The position numbers were made by a program, and so were the translations under genes. 64,000 bases of DNA, from the NCBI GenBank assembly GCA_046754105.1, contig JBHHVD010000003.1, positions 2,707-66,706 on the forward strand, given 5' to 3'. The DNA is from Candidatus Krumholzibacteriia bacterium. GTDB lineage: Bacteria > Krumholzibacteriota > Krumholzibacteriia > WVZY01. The notes below the pieces were generated by a model. The model saw nothing but the letters and a program-made list of their open reading frames with translations, was not told the origin of the DNA and searched no databases. Positions 28,594 through 38,406 of this stretch are shown in pieces (the first letter of the stretch is position 1; every line of letters begins with the position of its first letter).

Positions 28594-28647
28594 ACCACAA
28601 TATGTAGTGTAAGTTGCCACCGAGTTTACTATACTTTGGATAGTAGC
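28594..28647 (+). promoter_or_regulatory. Putative NrdR boxes (box 1 ACCACAATATGTAGTGT at 28594-28610; weaker box 2 ACTATACTTTGGATAGT about 34 bp downstream)
   Basis: Box 1 closely matches the NrdR consensus acaCwAtATaTwGtgt and sits between the promoter and the nrdA start. Box 2 is a degenerate palindrome at roughly three helical turns. Confidence 0.4.
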
Positions 28648-28669
28648 CCTTCCCGGTCCGAGGAGAACC

Positions 28670-31462
28670 ATGGCTGTTGACAAGATTAAGAAACGAAATG
28701 GCGCCGTTGTCGAATTCGACCGCGTGCGGATCGAGCGGGCGATGGAAAAGGCGTTTCGCGCGACCGATGTCAACGTCTCCGGAGAAACACTCGAAGCGAT
28801 CACCGACGAGCTCATCGAGAATCTCGGCGGCCGGTTCGTCGAGCGCATACCCGGCGTCGAGGACGTCCAGGACCTGGTCGAAAAAATGCTCGCCCAGCGT
28901 GGCTATTTCGAAGTCTCCAAGGCCTACATCCTTTACCGGCGCGAGCACCAGGCGCTGCGCGAAGATCGCAAGAACGAGATCCTGCATCGAATCGAAGCCC
29001 GCGATCTCAGCGTCGTGAAGCGCAGCGGTATCGTCGAAAGATTCAACATCAAGGAGATCGAAAAGGCGATCAGCGATTGCTGCCGCGGCTTCGAGAGTCA
29101 CGTGGACGTCGTCGGTATCGTCCGCGACACCAAGCTCGCCGTTTTCGACGGCATCGGCACCAGCGAGATCAACCAGGCTATTATCATGGCAATGCGCGCC
29201 CGGATCGAGAAGGATCCGGCCTACTCGCTCGTCGCCGCCCGCTTCCTTTTCAACGATCTCTACAAGGACGTCATCGGTATCAACGAGTTCGACGAGGAGT
29301 TCGCGGACGTTTACAAGCGGTCGTTCAAGGACAAGATTCACTACGGCGTCGAGGCGGGCCGTCTCGACCCGCGTTTGCTCGAGTTCGATTTCGACCGGTT
29401 GTGCAACGCCATACGACCCGAGAAAGATCGCCTGCTGCAGTACCTTGGCGCCCAGGTTCTCTATGACCGCTACTTCCTCAAGGACCTAGACCAGAAGATC
29501 ATGGAAAACCCCCAGTACTTCTGGATGCGCGTGGCGATGGGGCTGGCGATCGAAGAGGAGCAGCGCGAGGAACGCACCATCGAGTTTTATGAAACGATAT
29601 CCTCGCTCCTGTACGTGCCATCGACACCGACTCTCTTTCACTCGGGAACGAACCACGCGCAGATGAGCTCGTGTTACCTGACGACGGTCGACGACGAGCT
29701 CTCTCACATCATGAAGGCGATATCGGACAACGCCCAGTTGTCCAAGTGGTCGGGCGGACTCGGTAACGACTGGACCAACGTGCGCGCGACCGGGTCGCTG
29801 ATCAAGAGCACCAACGTGGGCAGCCAGGGCGTGGTGCCCTTCTTGAAGATCGTGGACGCCACGACCGCCGCTATCAACCGCAGCGGCAAGCGCCGGGGCG
29901 CAACGTGCGTTTACCTCGAGACGTGGCACTATGACATCGAGGATTTCCTGGAACTGCGCAAGAACACGGGTGACGAACGGCGAAGGACTCACGATACCAA
30001 CACGGCCAACTGGATTCCGGACCTGTTCATGAAGCGGGTGATGGCCGAGAAAGAATGGACGCTTTTTTCTCCCGACGAAACCCCCGATCTCCACCACCTC
30101 TACGGCAAGGCGTTCGAGAGGCGGTACGAAGAGTACGAGCGCATGGCCGACGAGGGCCGCATCCGGCTCTTTCGACGGGTCGAGGCGCGCGAGTTGTGGC
30201 GCAAAATGATCACGATGCTCTACGAAACGGGCCATCCGTGGATCACGTTCAAAGACCCGTGTAACGTCCGTTCGCCGCAGGACCACGTGGGCGTGGTACA
30301 CAGTTCGAACCTCTGCACCGAGATCACGCTCAATACGTCGGCGGACGAAACGGCGGTGTGCAACCTCGGATCGATCAATCTTGCCAATCACGTCGACGGC
30401 GGTCGTCTGAATACCGAAAAGCTCTCGGAAACGGTAACGACCGCGTTGCGCATGCTGGACAACGTAATAGACCTGAACTTCTATCCGACCGAGGAGGCCA
30501 GAAACGCCAATCTGCGCCACCGCCCCGTCGGGCTGGGCGTCATGGGCGTGCAGGACGCTCTCTACAAGCTGGACCTTCGCTTCGACAGCGATGAGGCCGT
30601 AGCGTTTTCGGACAGCACGCAAGAGTTCATTGCCTACCACGCGATCCTTACGTCGTCGCGCCTGGCCGCCGAGAAGGGCTCCTATGAGAGCTACGAAGGC
30701 TCGAAGTGGAGCCGGGGAATCTTCCCGGTCGATACGCTCGCGCTGCTCGAAGAGGAACGAGGCGTCGCCACGGGGCTGGACCTCGGCGGGAAAATGGACT
30801 GGACGCCGGTGCGCGAGCACGTCGCCAGACACGGCATGCGCAACTCGAACTGCATGGCCATCGCGCCCACGGCGACCATTGCCAATATTGCGGGGTGTTT
30901 TCCGTCCGTCGAGCCCATTTACAAAAACATCTACGTCAAGTCCAACTTCAGCGGCGAGTTCACGATCATCAACCGCTACCTGGTCGACGACCTCAAGGAA
31001 CTCGGCTTGTGGAACGACGAGCTCGGGGAAAAGCTCAAGTATTACGACGGCAGCGTCCAGAACATTCTCGAGATACCCGGGACCCTGAAAGCGAAGTACA
31101 AAGAGGTCTTCGAGATCGATCCCCGGAGCATCATCAGGCACGGCGCGCTGCGCGCCAAGTGGATCGACCAGAGCCAGTCGATCAACATTTTCACGGTAAG
31201 CACGTCGGGCAAGTTGATCTCCGACGTCTACCAGTACGCCTGGCGCAAGGGGCTCAAGACGACCTACTACCTGCGAACGCTCGGCGCTTCTGGTATCGAA
31301 AAGAGCACGCTCGACGCCGCGAGGAAATACGACGATACTCCGCGCCCAGAAGACATTCCCGCGCTCCCCGATGCCCCCGTCGAAGCGCCCTCGGTGCCGG
31401 CGACCGCGGTCGTGTCCTCGGCATGTCTCATGAACGACCCGACGTGTGAAGCCTGTCAGTAA
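28670..31462 (+). CDS. nrdA: Class I ribonucleoside-diphosphate reductase alpha subunit (with N-terminal ATP-cone)
   Basis: 930 aa. ATP-cone VDKIKKRNGAVVEFDRVRIERAM. Catalytic region NLCTEI..(C)...PSTPTLFHSG and a C-terminal Cys pair. Confidence 0.95.
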   Translation: MAVDKIKKRNGAVVEFDRVRIERAMEKAFRATDVNVSGETLEAITDELIENLGGRFVERIPGVEDVQDLVEKMLAQRGYFEVSKAYILYRREHQALREDRKNEILHRIEARDLSVVKRSGIVERFNIKEIEKAISDCCRGFESHVDVVGIVRDTKLAVFDGIGTSEINQAIIMAMRARIEKDPAYSLVAARFLFNDLYKDVIGINEFDEEFADVYKRSFKDKIHYGVEAGRLDPRLLEFDFDRLCNAIRPEKDRLLQYLGAQVLYDRYFLKDLDQKIMENPQYFWMRVAMGLAIEEEQREERTIEFYETISSLLYVPSTPTLFHSGTNHAQMSSCYLTTVDDELSHIMKAISDNAQLSKWSGGLGNDWTNVRATGSLIKSTNVGSQGVVPFLKIVDATTAAINRSGKRRGATCVYLETWHYDIEDFLELRKNTGDERRRTHDTNTANWIPDLFMKRVMAEKEWTLFSPDETPDLHHLYGKAFERRYEEYERMADEGRIRLFRRVEARELWRKMITMLYETGHPWITFKDPCNVRSPQDHVGVVHSSNLCTEITLNTSADETAVCNLGSINLANHVDGGRLNTEKLSETVTTALRMLDNVIDLNFYPTEEARNANLRHRPVGLGVMGVQDALYKLDLRFDSDEAVAFSDSTQEFIAYHAILTSSRLAAEKGSYESYEGSKWSRGIFPVDTLALLEEERGVATGLDLGGKMDWTPVREHVARHGMRNSNCMAIAPTATIANIAGCFPSVEPIYKNIYVKSNFSGEFTIINRYLVDDLKELGLWNDELGEKLKYYDGSVQNILEIPGTLKAKYKEVFEIDPRSIIRHGALRAKWIDQSQSINIFTVSTSGKLISDVYQYAWRKGLKTTYYLRTLGASGIEKSTLDAARKYDDTPRPEDIPALPDAPVEAPSVPATAVVSSACLMNDPTCEACQ

Positions 31463-31526
31463 TCCCGGCGCGCACACCGCTTTGTTACGTTTACAACCCA
31501 CCCTGTAAAGACAGGAAAGGAGATCG

Positions 31527-32543
31527 ATGTCCCTCGAACGAAAAGAGAAGACCCTGATCAACTGCTCTTCAACGGACCCCAACAAGATCCTGCCGATGAA
31601 GTACAAGTGGGCACGGGAACACTACAAGAACGGTGTGGCCAACAACTGGACGCCCGAAGAGGTCAACATGCAGAAGGACGTGGAGATGTGGCGGAGTCCG
31701 ACGGCGCTGAACGCGGACGAGAAGCGGCTCGTCCTGTGGAACATGGGTTTTTTCTCGACGGCGGAGAGCCTGACCGCCAACAACATCGTGCTGGCCATCT
31801 ACCGGCACATCACAAACCCCGAGTGCCGCCAGTACCTTCTGCGCCAGGGGTACGAGGAGGCAATCCATACCGACACGTTCATTTATTGCTGCGATACCCT
31901 GGGGTTGGACCCCGATGAGGTCTACAACATGTACCTCGACATCCCCAGTATCCGCAGGAAAGACGACTTCGTCATCGAGATGACGAAGTCGATCCTCGAC
32001 CCCGGCTTCACGACCGTGGGCACCGACAACGTGCAGCGTTTCGTCCACGACCTGGTTGGGTATTACCTGATCATGGAGGGCATCTTCTTTTACGCCGGAT
32101 TTGTTATGATGCTGTCGTTCCTGCGCCAGAACAAGATGGTCGGCGTCGGCGAGCAGTTCCAGTTCATCCTCCGCGACGAATCCGTTCACCTGGCCTTTGG
32201 CACCGATCTCATCAACACAATCGTCCACGAAAACCTCGACATCTGGACAGAGCCTTTCAAAGCACAGATCACAAAAAACGTCGCGCGCGCCGTCGAGCTC
32301 GAGTACGACTACGCCAGGGATTGCCTGCCGAAGGGCATCCTCGGTCTCAACGCCGACGTCATCAACGAGTACATCCAGTACATCGCGGACCGGCGCCTGG
32401 AAAAGATCGGCCTGCCCAGGCTCTACGACTCCAAGAACCCGTTTCCGTGGATGAGCGAAGTGATCGACCTGCGCAAGGAAAAAAACTTCTTCGAGACGCG
32501 GGTCACGGAATACCAGTCGGGCATGCTCAACTGGGATGACTAG
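31527..32543 (+). CDS. nrdB: Ribonucleoside-diphosphate reductase beta subunit
   Basis: 338 aa. Di-iron ligand pattern (EEAIHTD / E..H) and tyrosyl-radical region; an RBS is present. Confidence 0.95.
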   Translation: MSLERKEKTLINCSSTDPNKILPMKYKWAREHYKNGVANNWTPEEVNMQKDVEMWRSPTALNADEKRLVLWNMGFFSTAESLTANNIVLAIYRHITNPECRQYLLRQGYEEAIHTDTFIYCCDTLGLDPDEVYNMYLDIPSIRRKDDFVIEMTKSILDPGFTTVGTDNVQRFVHDLVGYYLIMEGIFFYAGFVMMLSFLRQNKMVGVGEQFQFILRDESVHLAFGTDLINTIVHENLDIWTEPFKAQITKNVARAVELEYDYARDCLPKGILGLNADVINEYIQYIADRRLEKIGLPRLYDSKNPFPWMSEVIDLRKEKNFFETRVTEYQSGMLNWDD

Positions 32544-32602
32544 GGTCCTCCCGATGCGTGTGGCAGCGAACGGGCGCGCCCGTGTCTCGTCGGGGCGGAC
32601 AC

Positions 32603-32637
32603 AAAGAAGCCTTCCCTTTCTCGGGGAAGGCTTCTTT
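32603..32637. terminator. Bidirectional intrinsic terminator between convergent nrdB and the thioredoxin-like gene
   Basis: 14-bp stem AAAGAAGCCTTCCC / GGGAAGGCTTCTTT with a 7-nt loop, flanked by short T/A runs on both strands. Confidence 0.55.
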
Positions 32638-32680
32638 GCTACGGGGTCAGACGATGCGGGTTCGATTGTTGTCTGCCTGG

Positions 32681-33253
32681 CTAACCCCCTGCCGGCGGTT
32701 TCAGGAGGCGGTCGATCAGAGACACCGCCTGCGCCGGCTCGATCGAAAACCCGTTGAACTGCACGTATCCGTTGCGATCGATGATAATCGCCCACGGGGT
32801 TCCGCCGGCGCGGTAGCGCTTCATGACGATGGAGCCGGTGCCGTTATTACCGGCGTCGTGGCCGACCGGGATGTCCAGGTTGAACTGATCGGCGGTCGAC
32901 TTCGCCTTTTGGGCCGTATTGACCTGGTATCCTTCGAAGACGGTTTGTATGGCGACGAAGACCACGTCCTCGTCGTCGGCGTAGTGTTCCGCAACCGACC
33001 GCAGGGTCGGAAACCCGTGCGAATGGCACCCGGGGCACCACGCCTGGAAGCCGAACAGGTAGACGATTTTTCCTTCGAAATCGGAAACGTCGATGCGCTC
33101 TACGCCCTCGCCGAGGTTGTACCAGTCGGCCACGCCCCAACGAGGCGCCTTCTGACCCAGGATTCCGTACGAATGATGTTGCGATATCGAGATCTGCGGC
33201 ATGGCGGTCACCAGCGTCACCAGGGCAGCGGTCACAATCGGTCGTCGCGGCAT
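32681..33253 (-). CDS. Thioredoxin-fold thiol-disulfide oxidoreductase (redoxin/TlpA-like), membrane-anchored or secreted
   Basis: 190 aa with an N-terminal hydrophobic segment and a WCPGC active site. Confidence 0.75.
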   Translation of the reverse strand: MPRRPIVTAALVTLVTAMPQISISQHHSYGILGQKAPRWGVADWYNLGEGVERIDVSDFEGKIVYLFGFQAWCPGCHSHGFPTLRSVAEHYADDEDVVFVAIQTVFEGYQVNTAQKAKSTADQFNLDIPVGHDAGNNGTGSIVMKRYRAGGTPWAIIIDRNGYVQFNGFSIEPAQAVSLIDRLLKPPAGG

Positions 33254-33425
33254 TTCGCGCTCCCTCCTCTTTCTATCGATTAGACGCCTGCAGCGCCATT
33301 CCCTTACACCCCGGATTTTCGCAGGCGACCCGCCCGCCCGATTATGCTATGCTCCGCTCACGCTGCGGAACCCCACCTCCCAGGGACCCCACCTCTCCGT
33401 TGTCCGGTTTTACAAGCGAGGACTT

Positions 33426-33983
33426 ATGAAGAGATTGCTATTTGTGTCGCTGATACTCGTCGTGGTTCCCGCCGTGGTTTTCGCGCAGGCGGGACAGATC
33501 GGTCTGTTCGCCGACCCCGGCGGCGCCGACTGCAACCTTATGGACACGAGCCCGGGTCCGATCACGGTTTACGTGGTGTTGATCGATCACGGGGGCGCCG
33601 GTGCCTGCGACTTCTCGGTCCGGCCCGGTCCCGGTTTCAATGCCTCTTTCGTCTCGGATACCCCCGTGGTGGGTACAATCTTCGGCACCTCCCAAACGGG
33701 CGTTTCGATCATCCTGGGTGCCTGCCTTACCGAACCCACGCATGTCCTGACGATCAACTACAACGGGTTCGGCGTGTCGTCGACCTGCAGCTCACTCGAT
33801 ATCGGGGACAACGTCAATGTCACACCTCCATCCCCGTCGATCACGACGTGTGTCGGCGCCAAGAACCTGGTGCCCGGCAAGTCGATGTTCGTAAACCCCG
33901 ATGCGTCGTGCACGTGCGCGGTGCCCGTCGAACAAACCACCTGGGGACACATCAAGTCGCTGTATTCCGGCAACCAGCCGTGA
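33426..33983 (+). CDS. Small secreted Cys-rich protein, subfamily A of the C-terminal-motif family (dispersed sixth member)
   Basis: MKRLLFVSLILVVVPAVVFAQAG signal peptide. Motifs DPGGADCN, SQTGVSIILGAC and THVLTINY. C-terminus CAVPVEQTTWGHIKSLYSGNQP. Confidence 0.7.
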   Translation: MKRLLFVSLILVVVPAVVFAQAGQIGLFADPGGADCNLMDTSPGPITVYVVLIDHGGAGACDFSVRPGPGFNASFVSDTPVVGTIFGTSQTGVSIILGACLTEPTHVLTINYNGFGVSSTCSSLDIGDNVNVTPPSPSITTCVGAKNLVPGKSMFVNPDASCTCAVPVEQTTWGHIKSLYSGNQP

Positions 33984-34167
33984 TCCGGGAAGGAACGAGA
34001 GGGTGCCGGTCGCACCCGGGCGCAAGAACGGGGGTCGACGGCGAGTTCCGCAGCGCGCCGCGAGGCGCAGTCTGGTTGTGGCCCGGTAATCCGTGGGCGC
34101 GCGAGGACTGCCGAGCCGGAGCGCCCCCGTCCTTGCGCCCGGCCGGCGTTACCCTTTCCTTCCCGGA

Positions 34168-34983
34168 TCACGGCCGCGGCGAGCGCAGCCATTCGACGTA
34201 CGCCCACAGCGCGTCGAGGTCGCCGGGCCCGAGACGGTCCGAGAACGCCGGCATGCGGATCGTCGCCCGGTCGAGATAGACGCGCGCGAACGGGCTCTTG
34301 TCGAAGCGGTCGCTGATCCCCCTTTTCACCCACTGGTCGAACTCCCCGCGGTCCCGCACCAGGTCGGGAAAGTCGGATCCGTCCCAGGACGGAATGTACC
34401 CCTTGAGCGAGCCGGGGTTCGGCGGCGCGAGGCGCCCGCCGCTGCCATGGCACCCGAAACAGCCGAGCTCCCTCGCCCGCTCGAAGCCTCGGCGCTCGAG
34501 AGCGCCGGACGGCGCCCCCGCGCCCATCGCGCGTACGAACGCCACCAGGTCGTCGATCTCGCTTTCATCCAGTTTTTCTCCGAAGGCCGGCATCGCGATC
34601 GACGCGTCGTCCCGCGCCGCCCGCCACTCGCCGCTCCGCGCCTTGTCCTCCGGCACCCCATCCCGGATCCACTGCCGGATGAGCTCTTCGCCCATCGCTT
34701 GCGTCTCGCCCGGCAGGCCTCCGGCGTGCCCGCGTTCATGGGCTTCGTGCTCCCCGCCCTCCGTGAAACCGGGCACCGCGGCTTCCCGATGCCCGGGGTT
34801 CGGCACCCCGCCCGTCCCACCGGGCCCGTGACACGCGAAACACCCTTCGCGCTCTGCGATCCTCCGCCCGCGCTCGGAGGCGGGCAGGCGGGTGCGAAAC
34901 AGCGTGGCGCGAAGCGCCACCGCCCCGGCGAGCCCCAGGAGAACAACGGTCGAGATAATCGACGTCAGCAATCGCTTCTTCAT
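34168..34983 (-). CDS. Diheme cytochrome c
   Basis: Start at MKKRLLTSIISTVVLLGLAG (signal peptide). Two CxxCH motifs (CFACHG, CFGCHG), each followed by a putative Met ligand in MPAF. Confidence 0.75.
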   Translation of the reverse strand: MKKRLLTSIISTVVLLGLAGAVALRATLFRTRLPASERGRRIAEREGCFACHGPGGTGGVPNPGHREAAVPGFTEGGEHEAHERGHAGGLPGETQAMGEELIRQWIRDGVPEDKARSGEWRAARDDASIAMPAFGEKLDESEIDDLVAFVRAMGAGAPSGALERRGFERARELGCFGCHGSGGRLAPPNPGSLKGYIPSWDGSDFPDLVRDRGEFDQWVKRGISDRFDKSPFARVYLDRATIRMPAFSDRLGPGDLDALWAYVEWLRSPRP

Positions 34984-35186
34984 GAGCTGGATCCTTTCGG
35001 CGGGCAGTTTCCCGCATGGTACGGTCACCCCGCCCGCGCGCGCAACCCGTTTCAAGACACCCCCACCGGCTCCGCCCGCGGCACGCGCTCGTGGCGCCCC
35101 GTCCCCCTTCCCTATTTCTTGACAGGGATTCTCGATTCCTCCATGCTCGCCGGGCAGACCGAGGTAAACGGTCGGGCAGGAGCCGT

Positions 35187-36995
35187 TTGAAACGATTTCT
35201 CTCACTGAGACTGCTGCTGGCGGGGGCTTCCGCTACGGGGTCGCGTTTTCCGGTAGTGCTCGCCGCTGCCGTGGTCCTGGCCGCGAGCGCGATCGCCCTG
35301 GTGGAGAACGGCGACGACCCGGTTTCCCTGCGGCTGCTCTTCACCTCGCAGTTGGGGATTCCCCTGTTCTTCGCGCTCGCTGTCCTGGTCGAAATCCACC
35401 GCTGGGGCCGGCCACAACGCATTCTCCTCGAGCTCACCGCGCTGGGTGCCCTCGCCGCGTACTATTCGATGCTCCCCGATTCGGTAACACCCGCATCCGG
35501 ACTCCGTCACGTGCAGTTCAACGCGGCGCTGCACCTGCTCGTGGCCGTCCTGCCGTTCGCGGGCCCGAACCGGATCAACGCATTCTGGCAGTACAACAAG
35601 GGCCTGTTCCTCCGATTCCTGACGGCCGTCCTTTACTCGGTAGTGCTCTACGTGGGGCTGGCGGTGGCGCTTGCCGCGATCGACAAGTTGCTCGGTATCG
35701 ACGTCGAAGGCGAAAGCTACCTGCGGTTATGGATCGTTATCGCGTCCATCTTCAATACGTGGTTCTTTCTGGGCGGCGTACCGCGAGATCTCCCCGCGCT
35801 CGAGGAGGCGAAAGGCTACCCGAGAGGCCTCAAGGTTTTCACGCAGTACGTCCTGATCCCGTTGATCGTCGTGTACCTCCTGATCCTCACGATGTACCTG
35901 GGCAAGATCGTGGTAACACGCGTGTGGCCCAGCGGCTGGATCGGATACCTGGTATCCAGCGTCGCGACCGCGGGCATCCTGGCGATGCTCCTCGTTCACC
36001 CGGTGAAGGACGAGACAGAGAACAAATGGGTGCCGACGTTTTCACGGTGGTTCTACGTTTGCTTGAGCCCATCCATCGTTATGCTGCTGCTGGCCGTCTC
36101 GAAACGGATTGGCCAGTACGGATTCACCGAGAATCGGTACTTTCTGCTCGTTCTCGCGGTGTGGCTCGCAGCCATTTCGGTCTATTTCGTGTTCAGCCGC
36201 GCGAAGAACATCAAGTGGATACCGGCGAGCTTGTGCCTGATCGCCTTCGCCACCGCCTACGGCCCGTGGGGCGCCTACGGGGTGGCGCGGCGCAGCCAGA
36301 CGGGCCGCCTCGAGCGCGTGTTGACCGAGACCGGCCTGCTGGTCGACGGCCGCATCCACGAGGCGGCGGCCGCTGTGCCCTTCGAGGATCGAAAAGAAAT
36401 CTCGGCCATACTGAGCTACCTGGTCGCCAGCCACGGCACGCGCTCCATCGAGCCCTGGTTCGACGACGGCCTCGCGGAACTCGACACGCTGCAGCAGGCG
36501 AGTGATCCGTGGGGACGACCCGCCGAACCGCGCGTGCGCGCCGTCATGAGTCGCATGGGAATCAACTACGTCGCCCGATGGCAGGATGCAGACGGCAATT
36601 CGTTTCATCACAACATGGATTACGGCGCCAGGGTCTACGCGATCGACGGCGCGGACTATTATGTAAAACTGACCAACGCGTCGAACTCGAGGACCCTTCC
36701 CGCGCCGGACGACGCCCTCGCAGCCGCCTACGACCCGGACCGCTCGGTGTTTCAAGTCCGAGACGGACTCGACGTCCTGTTAGAGATTCAGCTGGAGCCG
36801 TTGTTCGACCGCATAGCCGGGCACGCGGAAGCGTCCACGGATCGTCCCGGGTATCCACCGGCCGTCATGCGTATCACGGGTGACAACGACCGCGCGAGTT
36901 TGAGCGTGTATTTCAACTCGATTTCCGGAAAACTCGACGGCGGGCTGCGCACCATTACCCGCTTCGACGCGGATTGTTACGTCACCGTGAAATGA
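35187..36995 (+). CDS. Polytopic membrane protein, possibly DUF4153 family
   Basis: About 600 aa with at least 10 TM segments in the N-terminal two thirds and a soluble C-terminal domain. Start placed at a TTG to avoid overlap with the divergent cytochrome gene. Family assignment is tentative. Confidence 0.4.
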   Translation: MKRFLSLRLLLAGASATGSRFPVVLAAAVVLAASAIALVENGDDPVSLRLLFTSQLGIPLFFALAVLVEIHRWGRPQRILLELTALGALAAYYSMLPDSVTPASGLRHVQFNAALHLLVAVLPFAGPNRINAFWQYNKGLFLRFLTAVLYSVVLYVGLAVALAAIDKLLGIDVEGESYLRLWIVIASIFNTWFFLGGVPRDLPALEEAKGYPRGLKVFTQYVLIPLIVVYLLILTMYLGKIVVTRVWPSGWIGYLVSSVATAGILAMLLVHPVKDETENKWVPTFSRWFYVCLSPSIVMLLLAVSKRIGQYGFTENRYFLLVLAVWLAAISVYFVFSRAKNIKWIPASLCLIAFATAYGPWGAYGVARRSQTGRLERVLTETGLLVDGRIHEAAAAVPFEDRKEISAILSYLVASHGTRSIEPWFDDGLAELDTLQQASDPWGRPAEPRVRAVMSRMGINYVARWQDADGNSFHHNMDYGARVYAIDGADYYVKLTNASNSRTLPAPDDALAAAYDPDRSVFQVRDGLDVLLEIQLEPLFDRIAGHAEASTDRPGYPPAVMRITGDNDRASLSVYFNSISGKLDGGLRTITRFDADCYVTVK

Positions 36996-38281
36996 CGCCG
37001 TTGCCGGAGATCGAGAACCGAAAGAGCATCTACTCCTGGGCGCTCTACGACTGGGCCAACTCGGCGTTTGCGACCACCGTCATAGCCGGGTTCTTCCCCA
37101 TCTTTTTCAAAACGTACTGGAGTGCGGGCGACGACGTGACCTTGAGCACCCTGCGCCTCGGCACCGCCAATTCCGCTGCCAGTATCGCCGTCGCATTGCT
37201 CGCCCCGTTTCTGGGAGCGATCGCGGACAAGGGCAGCGCCAAGAAACGCTTCCTGTTCTTCTTCGCCCTGATGGGCGTCGTGATGACGTCCGGGCTTTAC
37301 CTGGTCTCGCGAGGCGCCTGGCAGCTGGCGATCGCCGTCTTCGTGGCGGCGAGCATCGGCTTCTCCGCGAGCATCATATTCTACGACTCGCTGCTGGTGA
37401 GCGTCGCGGAGACGAGGCGCACGGACTATGTCTCCGCTCTGGGGTACTCCCTCGGTTACCTCGGGGGCGGCGTGCTCTTCGCCGTAAACGTCCTGATGAC
37501 GTTGCACCCGCACTGGTTCGGTCTGGCGGACGCCTCGCAGGCGGTGCGGTTGTCTTTTATACTGGTCGCGCTGTGGTGGGCGGTGTTCTCCATACCACTG
37601 ATGCTGTTCGTAAAGGAACCGCGGGGCGAGGCGTCGCCGGGATGGGAAACCGTTAAGGCGGGAGTCCATCAACTGGGCCGGACGTTCGGCGACCTAAGGC
37701 GGCTCAGGGTGGTGTTTCTATTTCTGATCGCGTACTTCCTCTATATCGACGGCGTGCAGACCATCGCGCGTATGGGAGTGGACTACGGTCTCTCGTTGGG
37801 TTTCGAGGCCAACAGCCTCATCGTCGCACTGCTCATCACCCAGTTCGTGGGCTTCCCCGCCGCCCTCTTCTTCGGAAAGATCGGCGAGCGTATCGGGGCG
37901 AAGACGGGCATATACATCGGCATCACCGTGTACGTGGGGACGTGTGTTTTTGGATTCTTCATGAAGACCGTCACCGATTTCTACATTCTGGCCATCACGA
38001 TCGGGCTGGTGCAGGGCGGTGTGCAATCGCTCAGCCGTTCCCTCTATTCCCGCTTGATCCCGACCAACAAGGCCGCCGAGTTCTTCGGCTTCTATAATAT
38101 GCTGGGAAAGTTCTCGACCATGCTCGGGCCGATACTCATGGGGTGGGTGGGAGTGCTGACGGGCAACCCCCGTTTTTCGGTGCTATCGGTGGCCGTGCTC
38201 CTCATCGCCGGCGGGCTGTTGCTCGTGCCGGTAAGCGAGCAAGCGGGCCGCCGTGCAGCGTCGCGGATGGAAACACCTTAG
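36992..38281 (+). CDS. MFS transporter (UMF1 / Atg22-like family)
   Basis: 12 TM segments. The N-terminal YSWALYDWANSAF is characteristic of the UMF1 family. Confidence 0.8.
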   Translation: MTPLPEIENRKSIYSWALYDWANSAFATTVIAGFFPIFFKTYWSAGDDVTLSTLRLGTANSAASIAVALLAPFLGAIADKGSAKKRFLFFFALMGVVMTSGLYLVSRGAWQLAIAVFVAASIGFSASIIFYDSLLVSVAETRRTDYVSALGYSLGYLGGGVLFAVNVLMTLHPHWFGLADASQAVRLSFILVALWWAVFSIPLMLFVKEPRGEASPGWETVKAGVHQLGRTFGDLRRLRVVFLFLIAYFLYIDGVQTIARMGVDYGLSLGFEANSLIVALLITQFVGFPAALFFGKIGERIGAKTGIYIGITVYVGTCVFGFFMKTVTDFYILAITIGLVQGGVQSLSRSLYSRLIPTNKAAEFFGFYNMLGKFSTMLGPILMGWVGVLTGNPRFSVLSVAVLLIAGGLLLVPVSEQAGRRAASRMETP

Positions 38282-38406
38282 CTGCAGCCGGGAACGGGGT
38301 GGCGAGGGTTGACGATCGAGTGGGTTGCGACTATCGTAGGGATCGCCACTGCAGCGCGCAGATCGTTGCCGTCCCGCAATCCAAAAGACGAAGAGAAAGA
38401 GACCTC

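Noticed and set aside
28517-31606. Minus-strand ORFs of 274 and 706 aa
   Set aside because: They are antisense to nrdA, with Asp/Val/Arg-rich translations lacking motifs.
31569-32795. 408-aa minus-strand ORF
   Set aside because: It is antisense to nrdB and crosses the nrdB terminator into the next gene.
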